Shown here: one piece after another, positions 43,805 through 53,857 of the stretch
Layout of the letters: each line of letters opens with the position of its first letter
How positions within the stretch are numbered: the stretch's first letter is position 1
From: Dehalococcoidia bacterium
Lineage (GTDB): Bacteria; Chloroflexota; Dehalococcoidia; Lucifugimonadales; JADFKI01
NCBI GenBank assembly: GCA_965214635.1
Contig: OZ243964.1
Location: forward strand, 2,572,764 to 2,636,763
Direction of reading: 5' to 3'
Length of the DNA: 64,000 bases
Made by a program: the position numbers and the translations under genes
Notes under the pieces: generated by a model
Databases searched by the model: none
The model's input: the letters and a program-made list of their open reading frames with translations, nothing else
Told to the model about the DNA's origin: nothing

Positions 43805-44278
43805 CTAGCCGCTCATCTTGTCGGCGGCGTATTGGACGGCGCTGACGATGTTGTGGTAGCCGGTGCAGCGGCACAGGTTGCCCGCAAGCCCTTGCCGGAT
43901 TTCATCCTCGGACGGGTTGGGGTTCTTGGTGAGCAGGTCGTACGACATCATAATCATGCCGGGGGTGCAGAAGCCGCACTGCAAGCCGTGCTTTTCCCAA
44001 AAGCCCTCTTGGACGGGGTGCAGGTCGCCGTTTTTGGCGGCCAGTCCCTCGACGGTGGTAACGCTGCCGCCGTCCGCTTGCACGGCGAACACGGTGCAGG
44101 ATTTGACGGCGCTGCCGTTTAGGATGACGGTGCATGCGCCGCAGTTGCTAGTGTCGCAGCCGATATGCGTCCCCGTCATGCTGAGCGTCTCGCGCAGGTA
44201 TTGGGCAAGCAGCATGCGCGGCTCAACATCGCTAGAATAGGATGTCCCGTTGACCTCTACGCTGATTGACTGTCCCAT
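43805..44278 (-). CDS. coxS: Molybdenum hydroxylase/CO dehydrogenase 2Fe-2S subunit
   Basis: [29 protein letters not shown]; GGAGG SD before ATG 44278. Confidence 0.9.
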   Translation of the reverse strand: MGQSISVEVNGTSYSSDVEPRMLLAQYLRETLSMTGTHIGCDTSNCGACTVILNGSAVKSCTVFAVQADGGSVTTVEGLAAKNGDLHPVQEGFWEKHGLQCGFCTPGMIMMSYDLLTKNPNPSEDEIRQGLAGNLCRCTGYHNIVSAVQYAADKMSG

Positions 44279-44730
44279 ATTTAAACCTCCCGTAATCCAC
44301 AAGCCGCACGCGCCTGCGGCTCATTCGGATGCCTATTCTGGTTTTAAGCTAATCTTGAACTAGGTGCCTGTCCGTAATTTAGGGCGATTATATCAGGGTA
44401 TTTTGAGTTTGTCAGTTATCATAGTATTGGGGCAGTTAAGCGGCTTTCAGCACCTGTTTTGCCCTTTACGCGGCGCAGTTTTGGAATTGGACAAGACGCC
44501 CTGTTCAAGCATACGCTTGCCCTATGGTGTACAATGCTACCGAGAGCGTAGATAGACCGGACACGGGTTTAGTGCGCGCTTATCGCACGCCGCCGTTCAG
44601 TCTTGACGCTCTTTCAAGCAAGCCACTAGAATAACCTTGTGTGAATGCCGCCTATGCACAAGGCGCAGGCGGACGGTAATGTCGCATATGCGGCGCATGC
44701 GAAGAAGATTAGGGAGGGTAACACACAACA

Positions 44731-45177
44731 TTGATAGAGATGATGTCGGCGGGTGGAGTGGTGTGCAGGATGAATGTCGGTGGCGTGCCGGATGTGATAG
44801 TTTGCGGCTTCGATACGCACGATGATGCTGTGGTGTGGGGGCTGCCGAAGGGCACACCCGAGAATGGCGAAAGCCGCGAGCAGACCGCTCTGCGCGAAGT
44901 TGCCGAAGAGACCGGATTGCAAGTGCGTATCCACAATTATCTTGGCAGCATCGAATACTGCTTCAAGCGCTTTACCGATGGCGTGCCCTGCCACAAAGTC
45001 GTCCACTTCTACCTTATGAGCGCACACGGCGGCGACATATCGCTCCATGACCATGAATTCGACTATGTTCGATGGCTGTCAGCGCCCGAAGCGCTTGGCG
45101 CACTCACCCATGATAATGAGGTCTCAGTTGTTAAGAATGCCCTTTCCCTTGTCACGGAAAAAGCCCCGTCCGGTTGA
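44731..45177 (+). CDS. NUDIX hydrolase
   Basis: Nudix box GLPKGTPENGESREQTALREVAEETG. Confidence 0.88.
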   Translation: MIEMMSAGGVVCRMNVGGVPDVIVCGFDTHDDAVVWGLPKGTPENGESREQTALREVAEETGLQVRIHNYLGSIEYCFKRFTDGVPCHKVVHFYLMSAHGGDISLHDHEFDYVRWLSAPEALGALTHDNEVSVVKNALSLVTEKAPSG

Positions 45178-45730
45178 AAATCTGGAAGTGCGCGGCGAAC
45201 TCGTTACCCTGCGAGAAAAGCGCATCGAGGACACACCCAACGACTACGCATGGCGCGTAGACCCAGAATTGGCGCGCCTAGACGCCACTCGCCCCCTGAA
45301 CATGGCATATGAGGATTTCCTGCGCTACTCGCAAGAAGAGATCGACTACCCAAGCACCCGTTCTAGGCGCTTCGGCATCGACGATTTGCGCGGCAAGCAC
45401 ATCGGAAACTGCATGTACTATGACATAGACAACCGTCGCGGCGAAGCCGAACTTGGCATTATGATTGGCGACCGCGATTACTGGAGCAAGGGATACGGCA
45501 CGGACGCTGTCAACCTGATGCTGACGCACATCTTCAGCGAAACGCAGTTGCGGCGCGTATATCTTCACACGCTAGACTGGAACTTACGGGCGCAGCGTTC
45601 TTTCGCCAAGTCCGGCTTCAAAGAGGTCAAATCCGTGCGGCGGCGCGGGCTTGAGTTCATCCGGATGGAGATCCTGCGCCCCGAATGGGAATGGCGGCGC
45701 AACCACCCCACCGACGGGCCGCATAACTGA
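45137..45730 (+). CDS. RimJ/RimL-family N-acetyltransferase
   Basis: AELGIMIGDRDYWSKGYGTDA, NLRAQRSFAKSGF; start uncertain. Confidence 0.82.
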   Translation: MPFPLSRKKPRPVENLEVRGELVTLREKRIEDTPNDYAWRVDPELARLDATRPLNMAYEDFLRYSQEEIDYPSTRSRRFGIDDLRGKHIGNCMYYDIDNRRGEAELGIMIGDRDYWSKGYGTDAVNLMLTHIFSETQLRRVYLHTLDWNLRAQRSFAKSGFKEVKSVRRRGLEFIRMEILRPEWEWRRNHPTDGPHN

Positions 45731-45743
45731 CGCGTTGGGCGGG

Positions 45744-46679
45744 CTAGCTCTCCCCGAACCTGTCGCCCACCTTCAGCCCCACCGCGTCCGACCACTCCGG
45801 CGCCATCACCTTGCGCCCCCGCCCTGCTTGCACTCGCCCGACGAATATAGACCCGCCGTTTGCCGCGATGCGAAAGCCGTCTGCGGTTACTTCGGTAACC
45901 GTGCCGGGCGTCGCCCCGGCGTCTGCGTCCGACTTGCTGGCGCGATACAGTCGTAGGCTCACATCGCCGTAGGTCGTGCCTGCGCCCGGGCTGGGGTCGC
46001 TGCCCCGTATCATGTTGTACACATCGCCCACCGGCGCTTGCCAATCTATGAGCACATCGGCGGCGCGGCACCAACCCTCGTAGGTGGCGTCGTCATGGTT
46101 TTGCTCGATGCGCGGGGCGTTGCCGCTCTTCACCAAGTCCACTGCCTCTACCATCGCATCAACGCCCATTGGGAACAGCCTGCCGAAATAGACCGAGCCG
46201 AGCGTATCGTCATCGCCGATTTCGGTCTCTTTTTGCAGCAGGATTGGGCCTGTGTCCAGCCCCTTGTCGGGCCAGAATATGGTCAGCCCGGTCTTGCTTT
46301 CGCCTTGGATGATGGGCCAGTTGATGGAGCTTGGCCCGCGGTGCAGGGGCAGTAGCGATGGGTGATACTGGATTGTGCCATGCGTTGGCGCTTCCAATAT
46401 GGCGTCCGGCACGATGTCGGTTACGAACGCCATCACACACAGGTCGGCGTTCAGCGCCTTGAAGGCGTCGATGGCGTCTTGGTTGCGCATGCGGCGGAAC
46501 TGCAGGACGGGGATGCCGTGCGTTTCAGCCGCCGCCTTGATTGGGTCCGGCGCTCTGCCTTCCCTATCCGGCGGACAGAACACGCCGACCACATCTTCGC
46601 CGTGTTCCATAAGCGCATTGAGCACGCTCTCTCCAAACGCTGCCTGCCCAATCACCGCAATTCTGAAGGTCTTGTCCAT
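45744..46679 (-). CDS. Formyltransferase-family protein (Fmt-like / 10-formyl-THF hydrolase-like)
   Basis: IAVIGQAAFG, IQYHPSLLPLHRGPSSINW, GLTIFWPDKGLDTGPILLQ, IRGSDPSPGA. Confidence 0.82.
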   Translation of the reverse strand: MDKTFRIAVIGQAAFGESVLNALMEHGEDVVGVFCPPDREGRAPDPIKAAAETHGIPVLQFRRMRNQDAIDAFKALNADLCVMAFVTDIVPDAILEAPTHGTIQYHPSLLPLHRGPSSINWPIIQGESKTGLTIFWPDKGLDTGPILLQKETEIGDDDTLGSVYFGRLFPMGVDAMVEAVDLVKSGNAPRIEQNHDDATYEGWCRAADVLIDWQAPVGDVYNMIRGSDPSPGAGTTYGDVSLRLYRASKSDADAGATPGTVTEVTADGFRIAANGGSIFVGRVQAGRGRKVMAPEWSDAVGLKVGDRFGES

Positions 46680-46789
46680 AATATCCATCCCCTTATCGTG
46701 TCTCTGCCCTGCTGCAAAAGCGCCCCTTGGGTGTGTGGACAAGGAGCGCTTTGAGTTGCCTTATGGCGGTGGTTGTATGGTAACGATGC

Positions 46790-47551
46790 CTAAGACAGAT
46801 GCTTGGCGCAGAACTCGAAGACCTTGTTCCAGCCGTCCACTGCCTGCTCTTGGCGGTATGCCCCGCGGTCATAGTAGAAGAAGCCGTGCCCGGCACCCGC
46901 GTACATGTGGAACTCGTAGTCTTTGCCTGCGTCTTTGAGCGCCTGTTCGTGCTGCTCTACTTGTTCGACGGTGGGAGATTGGTCTTCTTCGCCGAACAGC
47001 CCTAGCAGTGGGCAGGACAGGTCTGCGGTGTAGTCGATGGGCGCTACGGGCTGCTGTGGTGGGAGGTCGTCCGCCGCCTGCACTACGCGTCCGCCCCAAA
47101 GTTCCACTGCGGCGTCGAATGCGGTGGAGCGACAGGCGCACAAGAAGGCGTGGCGTCCGCCAGAGCAGCTGCCGAAGACGCCTACCTTGCCACTTGAGTA
47201 GGGGAGAGAGCGGATGTATGCTGCCGCCGTTGCCATATCGCCCACGACTTGGTCGTCGGGTGCGCCGCCTTCTCCGCGAGCCTTCGCCGCCACATCGTCG
47301 GGCGTGCCGCTGCCGAAGCGGTGATAGAGGTCGGGCGATATGGCGATGTAACCGTGATGGGCGAACTTGCGGGTGAAGTCTCGGTAAAGCTCGTCCCAGC
47401 CGGGCAGGTGGTGTATCAGCACCACCGCAGGGAACGGCCCACTGCCGAGCGGGCGCGCAAAGTAGGCGTTAATCGCATCTCCATTGTGCCCGTTTATGGT
47501 TATCGTCTCCGCCAGCATCCCCTCGTACATATCCGTGGTGTAGTTGTGCAT
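46790..47551 (-). CDS. Dienelactone hydrolase-family protein
   Basis: Nucleophile elbow GSCSGG, EED, YAGAGHGF. Confidence 0.87.
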   Translation of the reverse strand: MHNYTTDMYEGMLAETITINGHNGDAINAYFARPLGSGPFPAVVLIHHLPGWDELYRDFTRKFAHHGYIAISPDLYHRFGSGTPDDVAAKARGEGGAPDDQVVGDMATAAAYIRSLPYSSGKVGVFGSCSGGRHAFLCACRSTAFDAAVELWGGRVVQAADDLPPQQPVAPIDYTADLSCPLLGLFGEEDQSPTVEQVEQHEQALKDAGKDYEFHMYAGAGHGFFYYDRGAYRQEQAVDGWNKVFEFCAKHLS

Positions 47552-47768
47552 ACTTTGCTCCTGTGTGTTCTACATTCGCTTTGAAGCGCCAATACTAGCT
47601 CGTCGCTAGGAATTGGGGCATTGACTTCGGTCACGCCGCTTGCCCATATACTACTGCTTTACGGGTATGGGCGCAAATCAAGGCGCTGTCGCTCAGCTCG
47701 CAATATTACATTCATCGTCGCACGGGTGTGTGCGACTTGGGCGTTGCAGTTTTACAGCGGCTAGGATT

Positions 47769-48569
47769 CTAGTCAGCCTCGAGTTCTCGCTCATTGAGCT
47801 GGAACCACTGGATGCCCCCTTGGTTTATCAACTCTTGTGTTGCGTAGTCGTTGACTATGCTGGCAACTACGGCGATGGCAGGGAGTCCTGTGAACCGGGT
47901 CAGGAAAGCGGCGTTTCTAATGGCTCGATCAGTGTCCCGGTTGTCGGCGGTGAAGGAAGCCTCGGCTGCGATGTAATGGATGTTGTCTGTGGAGTCTATG
48001 CCTTCAATGACCAGATCGGCGGCGTAGAAACTGCGGCGCTCCCCGAAGGGTATGCCGCTAGCCTCGCCCGAACTGCGTACCATTCGTCTCAGGTCATCGC
48101 GGGATAAGGTTCTTACGAAGTCTAGGTCGAAAATGTCTAGGATTTCTTCAGTGTAGTCTCTAAGCAGGCGGCGGGCAGCGTTGCCCTTCAGTATGCCAAT
48201 GTTGTCATCGATCCGGTTGAGACGCTCTTCGACACGGGCGTTAACGCCCTTCTGGTACTCGATGAATTCGTTGGTGCTTGCGATGAATTCGTTGGTGCTT
48301 GCAATGAATTCGTTGGTACTTGCAATGAATTCCTTAGTGCTCGCAATGAATTCGTTAGTGCTTGCGATGAATTCCTTGGTGCTCGCGATGAATTCGTTAG
48401 TGCTCGCAATGAATTCGTTGACATAGGTTGTGAACTGGGAAAAGCGTTCGGGCAATTCCAGCAGTTCGTCGCTCAGCAGCTGCCGACGCACAGCGTCGCG
48501 GAATTCGTCGTCTTCTTTCAGAGATTGGAGGAAACGGGAGCGTTCTGTGGGGGTCAGGGTTGTACTCAT
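47769..48569 (-). CDS. Coiled-coil heptad-repeat protein with C-terminal PD-(D/E)XK-like domain
   Basis: DEFRDAVRRQLLSDELLELP N-terminus; 8 heptads; ADLVI...AAEASF...DTDRAIRNA; lower GC than neighbours; CGAGG SD. Confidence 0.75.
   Translation of the reverse strand: MSTTLTPTERSRFLQSLKEDDEFRDAVRRQLLSDELLELPERFSQFTTYVNEFIASTNEFIASTKEFIASTNEFIASTKEFIASTNEFIASTNEFIASTNEFIEYQKGVNARVEERLNRIDDNIGILKGNAARRLLRDYTEEILDIFDLDFVRTLSRDDLRRMVRSSGEASGIPFGERRSFYAADLVIEGIDSTDNIHYIAAEASFTADNRDTDRAIRNAAFLTRFTGLPAIAVVASIVNDYATQELINQGGIQWFQLNERELEAD
48261..48422. repeat. 21-bp tandem repeat, about 8 copies
   Basis: GAATTC recurs at 48264, 48285, 48306, 48327, 48348, 48369, 48390 and 48411; encodes T(N/K)EFIAS on the minus strand. 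Confidence 0.95.
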
Positions 48570-49039
48570 AATGATTACCTCGCCCTTAAATTATAACATT
48601 GCCCCAGCGACAATGGCGTGGTGGAGGAATTTGGTATTGAGCCAAATGGTTTGTGTAAATGGTTTGTGTAAAGGATTAGTGCCGCATTATTTTAGATTGT
48701 GCGGGCACTTGAGATATATGCTAGGTTAAAGCCATGGCTAACACAAGGTTAATTGCCGCTCCCCAAGTGGGTTGTCGGTGGAGGTTGCCGCATAATTCCC
48801 TATCCGCCTTCAAGAAGCGAAGCAAAGGGGAACTTTGAGCGTTCACAGTGCAACCCTTGATTTTTAGTTCTCAAATCCTAGCACCCCCTAACTAAAAAAG
48901 GGGCGCAGGCGGGCGTGTCCAAATCCGTCCTGCCGTGTGATAGAATGCCAGTGCTATGGCTCGGTTCGTCTATCTATGGAGCGACTGACGAGCCTTCATA
49001 CTCTTAACTTTGTGATAAAGAACAGCAAGGAGCAGCGTT

Positions 49040-49828
49040 ATGCGACCCAACAGACTTCGGGAAAAGCTCGATGCGGGCGAACCCACTCTCAGCACGCACA
49101 TCCTGTCGGCTTGGCCCTCCGTAGTGGAGGCTATCGGGCATACGGGCATATATGACTATGTGGAGTTCGTGGCGGAGTACGGCTCTTTCGACTTGCACGA
49201 TTTGGATAACCTGTGTCGCGCCGCCGAGCTGCATAACATGGGCACGATGATAAAGGTTGACCAGAGCCATCAGGCGTTTTTGGCGCAGCGCGGCATAGGC
49301 GCAGGCTTCACCAGCGTGCTGTTCACCGACTGTCGCTCTGCCGCCGATGTGCGCGAGTGCATCCGCCAAGCCAAGCCCGATACGCCCAACGACCAGGGGA
49401 TGTATGGCGTCGCCACTCGCCGCAACACATACATGGGCTACGGCGGCTCGCCAGAGTATGTGGACTCGCTCAACGATGTGGTGATGGCGGTGATGATAGA
49501 AAAGAAGGGCGCGGTGGACGAGCTAGAGGCGATTCTGGAAATACCAGAGCTGGATATGGTGCAATGGGGCGGCTCGGACTTTTCTATGAGCATCGGCAAG
49601 CCGGGCCAGCGCAACGCCCCTGAGGTCGTGGCGGCGCAGCAGAAGACATTCGAGACGGCAATCAAGATGGGCGTGCCGCCGCGCGCTGAAATCCAGTCGC
49701 CCGACGAGGCAAAGCGCTACCTCGATATGGGCGTGCGGCACTTCTCCATCGGGACAGATCTTGCCATCCTATATGGCTGGTGGAAGAGCAACGGGGAGGC
49801 GCTGCTGCGCGCAATGCAGGGCGAATAG
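49040..49828 (+). CDS. HpcH/HpaI aldolase-family protein
   Basis: MRPNRLREKL, DYVEFVAEY, VMIEKKGAV, GGSDFSMSIG. Confidence 0.85.
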   Translation: MRPNRLREKLDAGEPTLSTHILSAWPSVVEAIGHTGIYDYVEFVAEYGSFDLHDLDNLCRAAELHNMGTMIKVDQSHQAFLAQRGIGAGFTSVLFTDCRSAADVRECIRQAKPDTPNDQGMYGVATRRNTYMGYGGSPEYVDSLNDVVMAVMIEKKGAVDELEAILEIPELDMVQWGGSDFSMSIGKPGQRNAPEVVAAQQKTFETAIKMGVPPRAEIQSPDEAKRYLDMGVRHFSIGTDLAILYGWWKSNGEALLRAMQGE

Positions 49829-49923
49829 CTTTGTGGGCAGCATACGCTTTGCAGTCTTCTCGCCCCTGTGAGCGAGATTAACCTTGCCTAACAGCGCATG
49901 TGAGGCTACAATGTGATTGGTGT

Positions 49924-49999
49924 CGGGGCGTAGCGCAGTCGGAAGCGCGCCACGTTCGGGACGTGGAGGTCGCTGGTTCAAGTCCAGTCGCCCCGACCA
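49924..49999 (+). tRNA. tRNA-Pro (anticodon CGG)
   Basis: CGGGGCG/CGCCCCG acceptor stem, CCACG-TTCGGGA-CGTGG anticodon arm, GGTTCAAGTCC T arm, encoded CCA. Confidence 0.97.
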
Positions 50000-50076
50000 C
50001 CCTTTTTCCCGCATTCCTCCTGCTATTCCTCCCTAGCCGTATCCCCACGCCCTTACTCCGGCGTGCGTGTAATTCA

Positions 50077-50105
50077 TTGACACGCATTAATTCGTTTGCT
50101 ACTCT
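50077..50105 (+). promoter_or_regulatory. Sigma70-type promoter for the T-box/ilvB leader
   Basis: TTGACA-N17-TACTCT. Confidence 0.55.
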
Positions 50106-50154
50106 ATTCACAAGCTGGCGTGTAGACGCTGGCTTATAACAGGGATATACACAC

Positions 50155-50418
50155 GCGATGATGGGGAGTAGTACGAGGGCACTGAGCCTCAGAGAGTCGG
50201 CGGTGCTGCGAGCCGATGCAGAACCCCTCTGGAACTCGCCCCGGAGCGTCTTGCCTGAGCCGCCTATGCGCGCGGTTAAGGTCGGACGGCTGGCAGCCGT
50301 TATCAGCCGACAAGCGGCTTGCCCACGCTGGCGCATTACCAAGCTAGCGCATTGTGGCAGGCAAATTGGGTGGTACCGCGAGATTTTCAATCCCGTCCCT
50401 TTAGTGGGCGGGATTTTT
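50155..50418 (+). ncRNA. T-box riboswitch, Leu (CUC) specifier, with terminator
   Basis: AGTA, AGAGA and GGTGCTG stem I motifs; GAA-CTC specifier (CTC 50235-50237); CCGTTATC; AATTGGGTGGTACCGCG 50364-50380; terminator AATCCCGTCC...GGGCGGGATTTTT. Confidence 0.92.
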
Positions 50419-50452
50419 GTTACAAGCGATTATGAGCCGAGAGGTGCGGCAT

Positions 50453-52153
50453 ATGAAAATGACGGGCGGACAGATGGTCTGCGAGAGCCTGATTCGAGAG
50501 GGCGTAGATGTGATATTTGGGCTGCCGGGCGGCGCGATACTGCCCCTGTATCAGACGCTGCCGGAGTTCCCGCAGCTGCGGCACATACTCGTGCGGCACG
50601 AGCAGGGCGCGGCACACGCCGCTGATGGCTACGCACGCGTTACGGGACGCCCCGGCGTGGCATGGGCAACATCGGGTCCGGGTGCTACCAACCTCGTTAC
50701 CGGCATCGCCACAGCGCAGATGGACTCGGTGCCTATGGTGGTCATCACGGGGCAGGTTGGGCGCGCCGCCATCGGCTCCGACGCCTTCCAAGAGTGCGAC
50801 ACCACCGGCATCACGCTCCCCATCACCAAGCACAACTACCTCGTGATGAGCGCCGCCGAAATACCGCGCGTCATCAATGAGGCGTTTTACATCGCCAATT
50901 CCGGCAGACCCGGCCCCGTGCTCGTGGACATCCCTAAGGATGTGTTCACAGAAGAGGCGGAGTTCGTGTATCCCGAATCCATAGACCTGCCCGGCTACAA
51001 GCCCACGCTCAAGCCACATTCGGGTCAAATCAAGCGCGCTGCCAAGCTTATCAAAGAGGCAAAGCGTCCCGTCATCCTCGCCGGACACGGCGTCATCATA
51101 TCGAGGGCGTATGACGAGCTTTTGGAGCTTGCGGAAAAGGCTCAGATACCGGTGGTTACTACGCTGCTCGGCATCAGCGGCTTCCCGACCGGGCATGTGC
51201 TGTCTGTGGGTTGGCCCGGCATGCACGGTATGGCATATGCGAGTCTCGCCCTCGAAGAGGCAGACCTGATCATTGCGCTGGGAATGCGCTTCGATGACCG
51301 CATCACCGGCGACACCAATTCGTTCGCCCTCAACTCCAAGAAGATACATGTGGACATAGACCCGTCGGAGATCGGCAAGAATGTGCCGGTGGATGTGCCG
51401 ATAGTGGGCGACCTGAATCTGGTGCTGCGCGCCCTGAACAAGAAAGTGCCGCCGCTGCTGCACGGCGATTGGGTTTCGCGCATCGAGGAACTACGGCGGG
51501 AGCATCCCCTCTACGATGCCAACAACTGCGACACGCTGCAGATGCGCTATGTCGTGAAAGAGATAGCCGATGCCACTGAGGGCAACGCCGTAATCGTAAC
51601 CGGCGTGGGACAGCATCAGATGTGGGCGGCGCAGTACTACCCGTTCAATCGCCCCTGCTCGCTGGTATCGTCCTGTGGCTCTGGGGCTATGGGCTACGAA
51701 GTGCCGGGGGCTATGGGCGCACAGGTCGGGCGCGAGGATAGCGTAGTCTGGTCCGTGGCGGGTGACGGCGGCTTCCAGATGACGATGGTGGAGCTTGCTA
51801 CCATCGTGGAAAACAACATCCCGGTCAAGTTCGCGATTATGAACAACAACTCGCTCGGCATGGTGCGCCAGTGGCAGGACTTCTTCTACCACAAAGACCA
51901 TGTGGCGACCGAGTATAGCGGCAATCCCGATTTCGTGAAGCTCGCCCAAGCCTATGGCATACTCGGCATTCGCGTTACGGACAAAGAGCAGGTTCGCGAC
52001 GCCGTTGACCGCGCTATGGCGCACTCCGGCCCCGTCATCGTGGACTTCATCATACAGAACGACGACAATGTGTATCCGATGATACCTGCGGGACAATCGA
52101 TAGACCAGCTCATAGAAGAGCCAGAGGTCGCCCTCCGAGGAGTAACCGTATGA
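50453..52153 (+). CDS. ilvB: Acetolactate synthase large subunit
   Basis: FGLPGGAILP, RHEQGAAH, TSGPGATN, GMRFDDR, GVGQHQMW, GDGGFQM. Confidence 0.96.
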   Translation: MKMTGGQMVCESLIREGVDVIFGLPGGAILPLYQTLPEFPQLRHILVRHEQGAAHAADGYARVTGRPGVAWATSGPGATNLVTGIATAQMDSVPMVVITGQVGRAAIGSDAFQECDTTGITLPITKHNYLVMSAAEIPRVINEAFYIANSGRPGPVLVDIPKDVFTEEAEFVYPESIDLPGYKPTLKPHSGQIKRAAKLIKEAKRPVILAGHGVIISRAYDELLELAEKAQIPVVTTLLGISGFPTGHVLSVGWPGMHGMAYASLALEEADLIIALGMRFDDRITGDTNSFALNSKKIHVDIDPSEIGKNVPVDVPIVGDLNLVLRALNKKVPPLLHGDWVSRIEELRREHPLYDANNCDTLQMRYVVKEIADATEGNAVIVTGVGQHQMWAAQYYPFNRPCSLVSSCGSGAMGYEVPGAMGAQVGREDSVVWSVAGDGGFQMTMVELATIVENNIPVKFAIMNNNSLGMVRQWQDFFYHKDHVATEYSGNPDFVKLAQAYGILGIRVTDKEQVRDAVDRAMAHSGPVIVDFIIQNDDNVYPMIPAGQSIDQLIEEPEVALRGVTV

Positions 52154-52713
52154 CCACCACAACGGTCAACAAGCACACCATTACGGCACTGGTGGAGGAT
52201 AAGCCCGGCGTCCTCAACCGCGTGGCGAGCATGTTCCGGCGGCGCGGGTTCAACATATCCAGCCTAGCCGTCGGCGCAAGCGAGGTGCCGTATCTGTCCC
52301 GTATGACCTTCGTCGTCGAGGGCGACAGCCGCACTGTGGAGCAGGTAAACAAGCATCTGCACAAGCTGATAGATGTCATCAAGGTGTCGGACATCTCCGA
52401 CGACAACGCAGTGGCGCGCGAACTGGCGCTCATTCGCGTCCGCGTCAATGTCCGCACCCGCAGCGAAGTGATGCAGATTGCGGATCTGTTTCGCGCCAAC
52501 ATCATCGATGTGGCACTCGACAGCGTCATCATAGAGGTCGTGGGCGACGAGGAAAAGGTGAACGCAATGCAGAACCTGCTAGTCCCGTTCGGCGTAGCTG
52601 AGGTGATGCGGACCGGCATCGTGGCGATGACTCGCGGGATGAACTCAGAAGGCAGCTCCAGCCGCAACGGTAGAGCCACACGCCGCGTCTTCACCGAATC
52701 GGGCAGCGTATAG
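52150..52713 (+). CDS. ilvN: Acetolactate synthase regulatory subunit
   Basis: VEDKPGVLNRVASMFRRRGFNISSL, RELALIRV, RTGIVAMTRG. Confidence 0.95.
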   Translation: MTTTTVNKHTITALVEDKPGVLNRVASMFRRRGFNISSLAVGASEVPYLSRMTFVVEGDSRTVEQVNKHLHKLIDVIKVSDISDDNAVARELALIRVRVNVRTRSEVMQIADLFRANIIDVALDSVIIEVVGDEEKVNAMQNLLVPFGVAEVMRTGIVAMTRGMNSEGSSSRNGRATRRVFTESGSV

Positions 52714-52775
52714 AGATGCACAGCCAACGGGCTTACCGAAACCGACAACCATCATCTGAGAACCGGAGACGATAA

Positions 52776-53774
52776 ATGGCAACAATGTACTACGAAGCCG
52801 ACGCCGATATGTCCCTCGTGGACGACAAGACTTTCGGCATCATCGGTTACGGCAGCCAAGGGCACGCCCACGCACTCAACCTGCACGATAGCGGGCTGGA
52901 TGTGATGGTCGGCTTGTACGAGGGCAGCAGCAGCATCGCCAAGGCGGAGGCGGACGGGTTGAAGGTTGGGATGGTCGCGGATGTCGCCGAGCAGTCGGAC
53001 ATCATAATGATGCTCATCCCAGACCATCTGCAATCGGAGGTCTATCGCGAATCCATCCTGCCGCACATGATGCCGGGCAAAACGCTGATGTTCGCTCACG
53101 GCTTCAACATTCACTACGGCACTATCACAGCGCCGGAGGGCGTGGATGTGTCTATGGTGGCGCCCAAGGCACCCGGGCACCGGATGCGCGAGGTGTTCAC
53201 GAAGGGTTCGGGTGTGCCGGGGTTGCTCGCAGTGCATCAGGACGCAAGCGGCAGCGCGCACAGCATCGGTCTAGCATACGCAAGGGGCGTGGGTTGCACG
53301 CGTGCCGGCGTGCTGGATACAACCTTCAAGGAAGAAACCGAGACCGACCTGTTCGGCGAGCAAGCCGTGCTGTGCGGCGGCGTTACGGCGCTTGTCAAGG
53401 CGGCGTATGAGACGCTCATAGAGGCGGGCTATCAGCCAGAGTCGGCGTACTTCGAGTGCATGCATGAGCTTAAGCTCATCGTGGATCTGCTCTATCAAGG
53501 CGGCATGGGCTATATGCGTTACTCGGTCAGCGACACCGCCGAATTTGGCGACTACACGCGCGGCCCCGTCGTGGTGGACGAGCATGTCAAGGCGAACATG
53601 AAAGAGGTGCTGGCGCGCATCCAAGACGGCAGTTTCGCCCGCGAGTGGATAGCCGAGAACGATGAGGGACGCCCCACTTTCTACAGAATGCGCGATGAGA
53701 ACGCCGCCCACCCTATCGAAGATGTGGGCAAGGAACTTCGCGGGATGATGCCCTTCCTGCAGGATGTGGACTAG
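52776..53774 (+). CDS. ilvC: Ketol-acid reductoisomerase
   Basis: [41 protein letters not shown]. Confidence 0.97.
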   Translation: MATMYYEADADMSLVDDKTFGIIGYGSQGHAHALNLHDSGLDVMVGLYEGSSSIAKAEADGLKVGMVADVAEQSDIIMMLIPDHLQSEVYRESILPHMMPGKTLMFAHGFNIHYGTITAPEGVDVSMVAPKAPGHRMREVFTKGSGVPGLLAVHQDASGSAHSIGLAYARGVGCTRAGVLDTTFKEETETDLFGEQAVLCGGVTALVKAAYETLIEAGYQPESAYFECMHELKLIVDLLYQGGMGYMRYSVSDTAEFGDYTRGPVVVDEHVKANMKEVLARIQDGSFAREWIAENDEGRPTFYRMRDENAAHPIEDVGKELRGMMPFLQDVD

Positions 53775-53857
53775 GGCGCGAACGCCAACATCCACGGACG
53801 GGATGGATTGCCGCATGATAGTGGCGGTTGAGCATAGTTGATCAGAAAGGTTTGCGC

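Noticed and set aside
44597-44698. Minus-strand MRRICDIT... resembling the start of ribosomal protein L28
   Set aside because: Only 33 aa, lacks the GK, GN and R-x-F-x-P-N motifs, has no SD, and overlaps promoter-like signals of the NUDIX gene
48261-48422. Regular repeats as a possible CRISPR array
   Set aside because: Head-to-tail 21-bp units with no unique spacers, in frame within a CDS, and no cas genes in the window
49924-49999. tRNA-Pro as an integration site
   Set aside because: No integrase and no duplicated tRNA 3' end seen; it is followed directly by the T-box and ilvB
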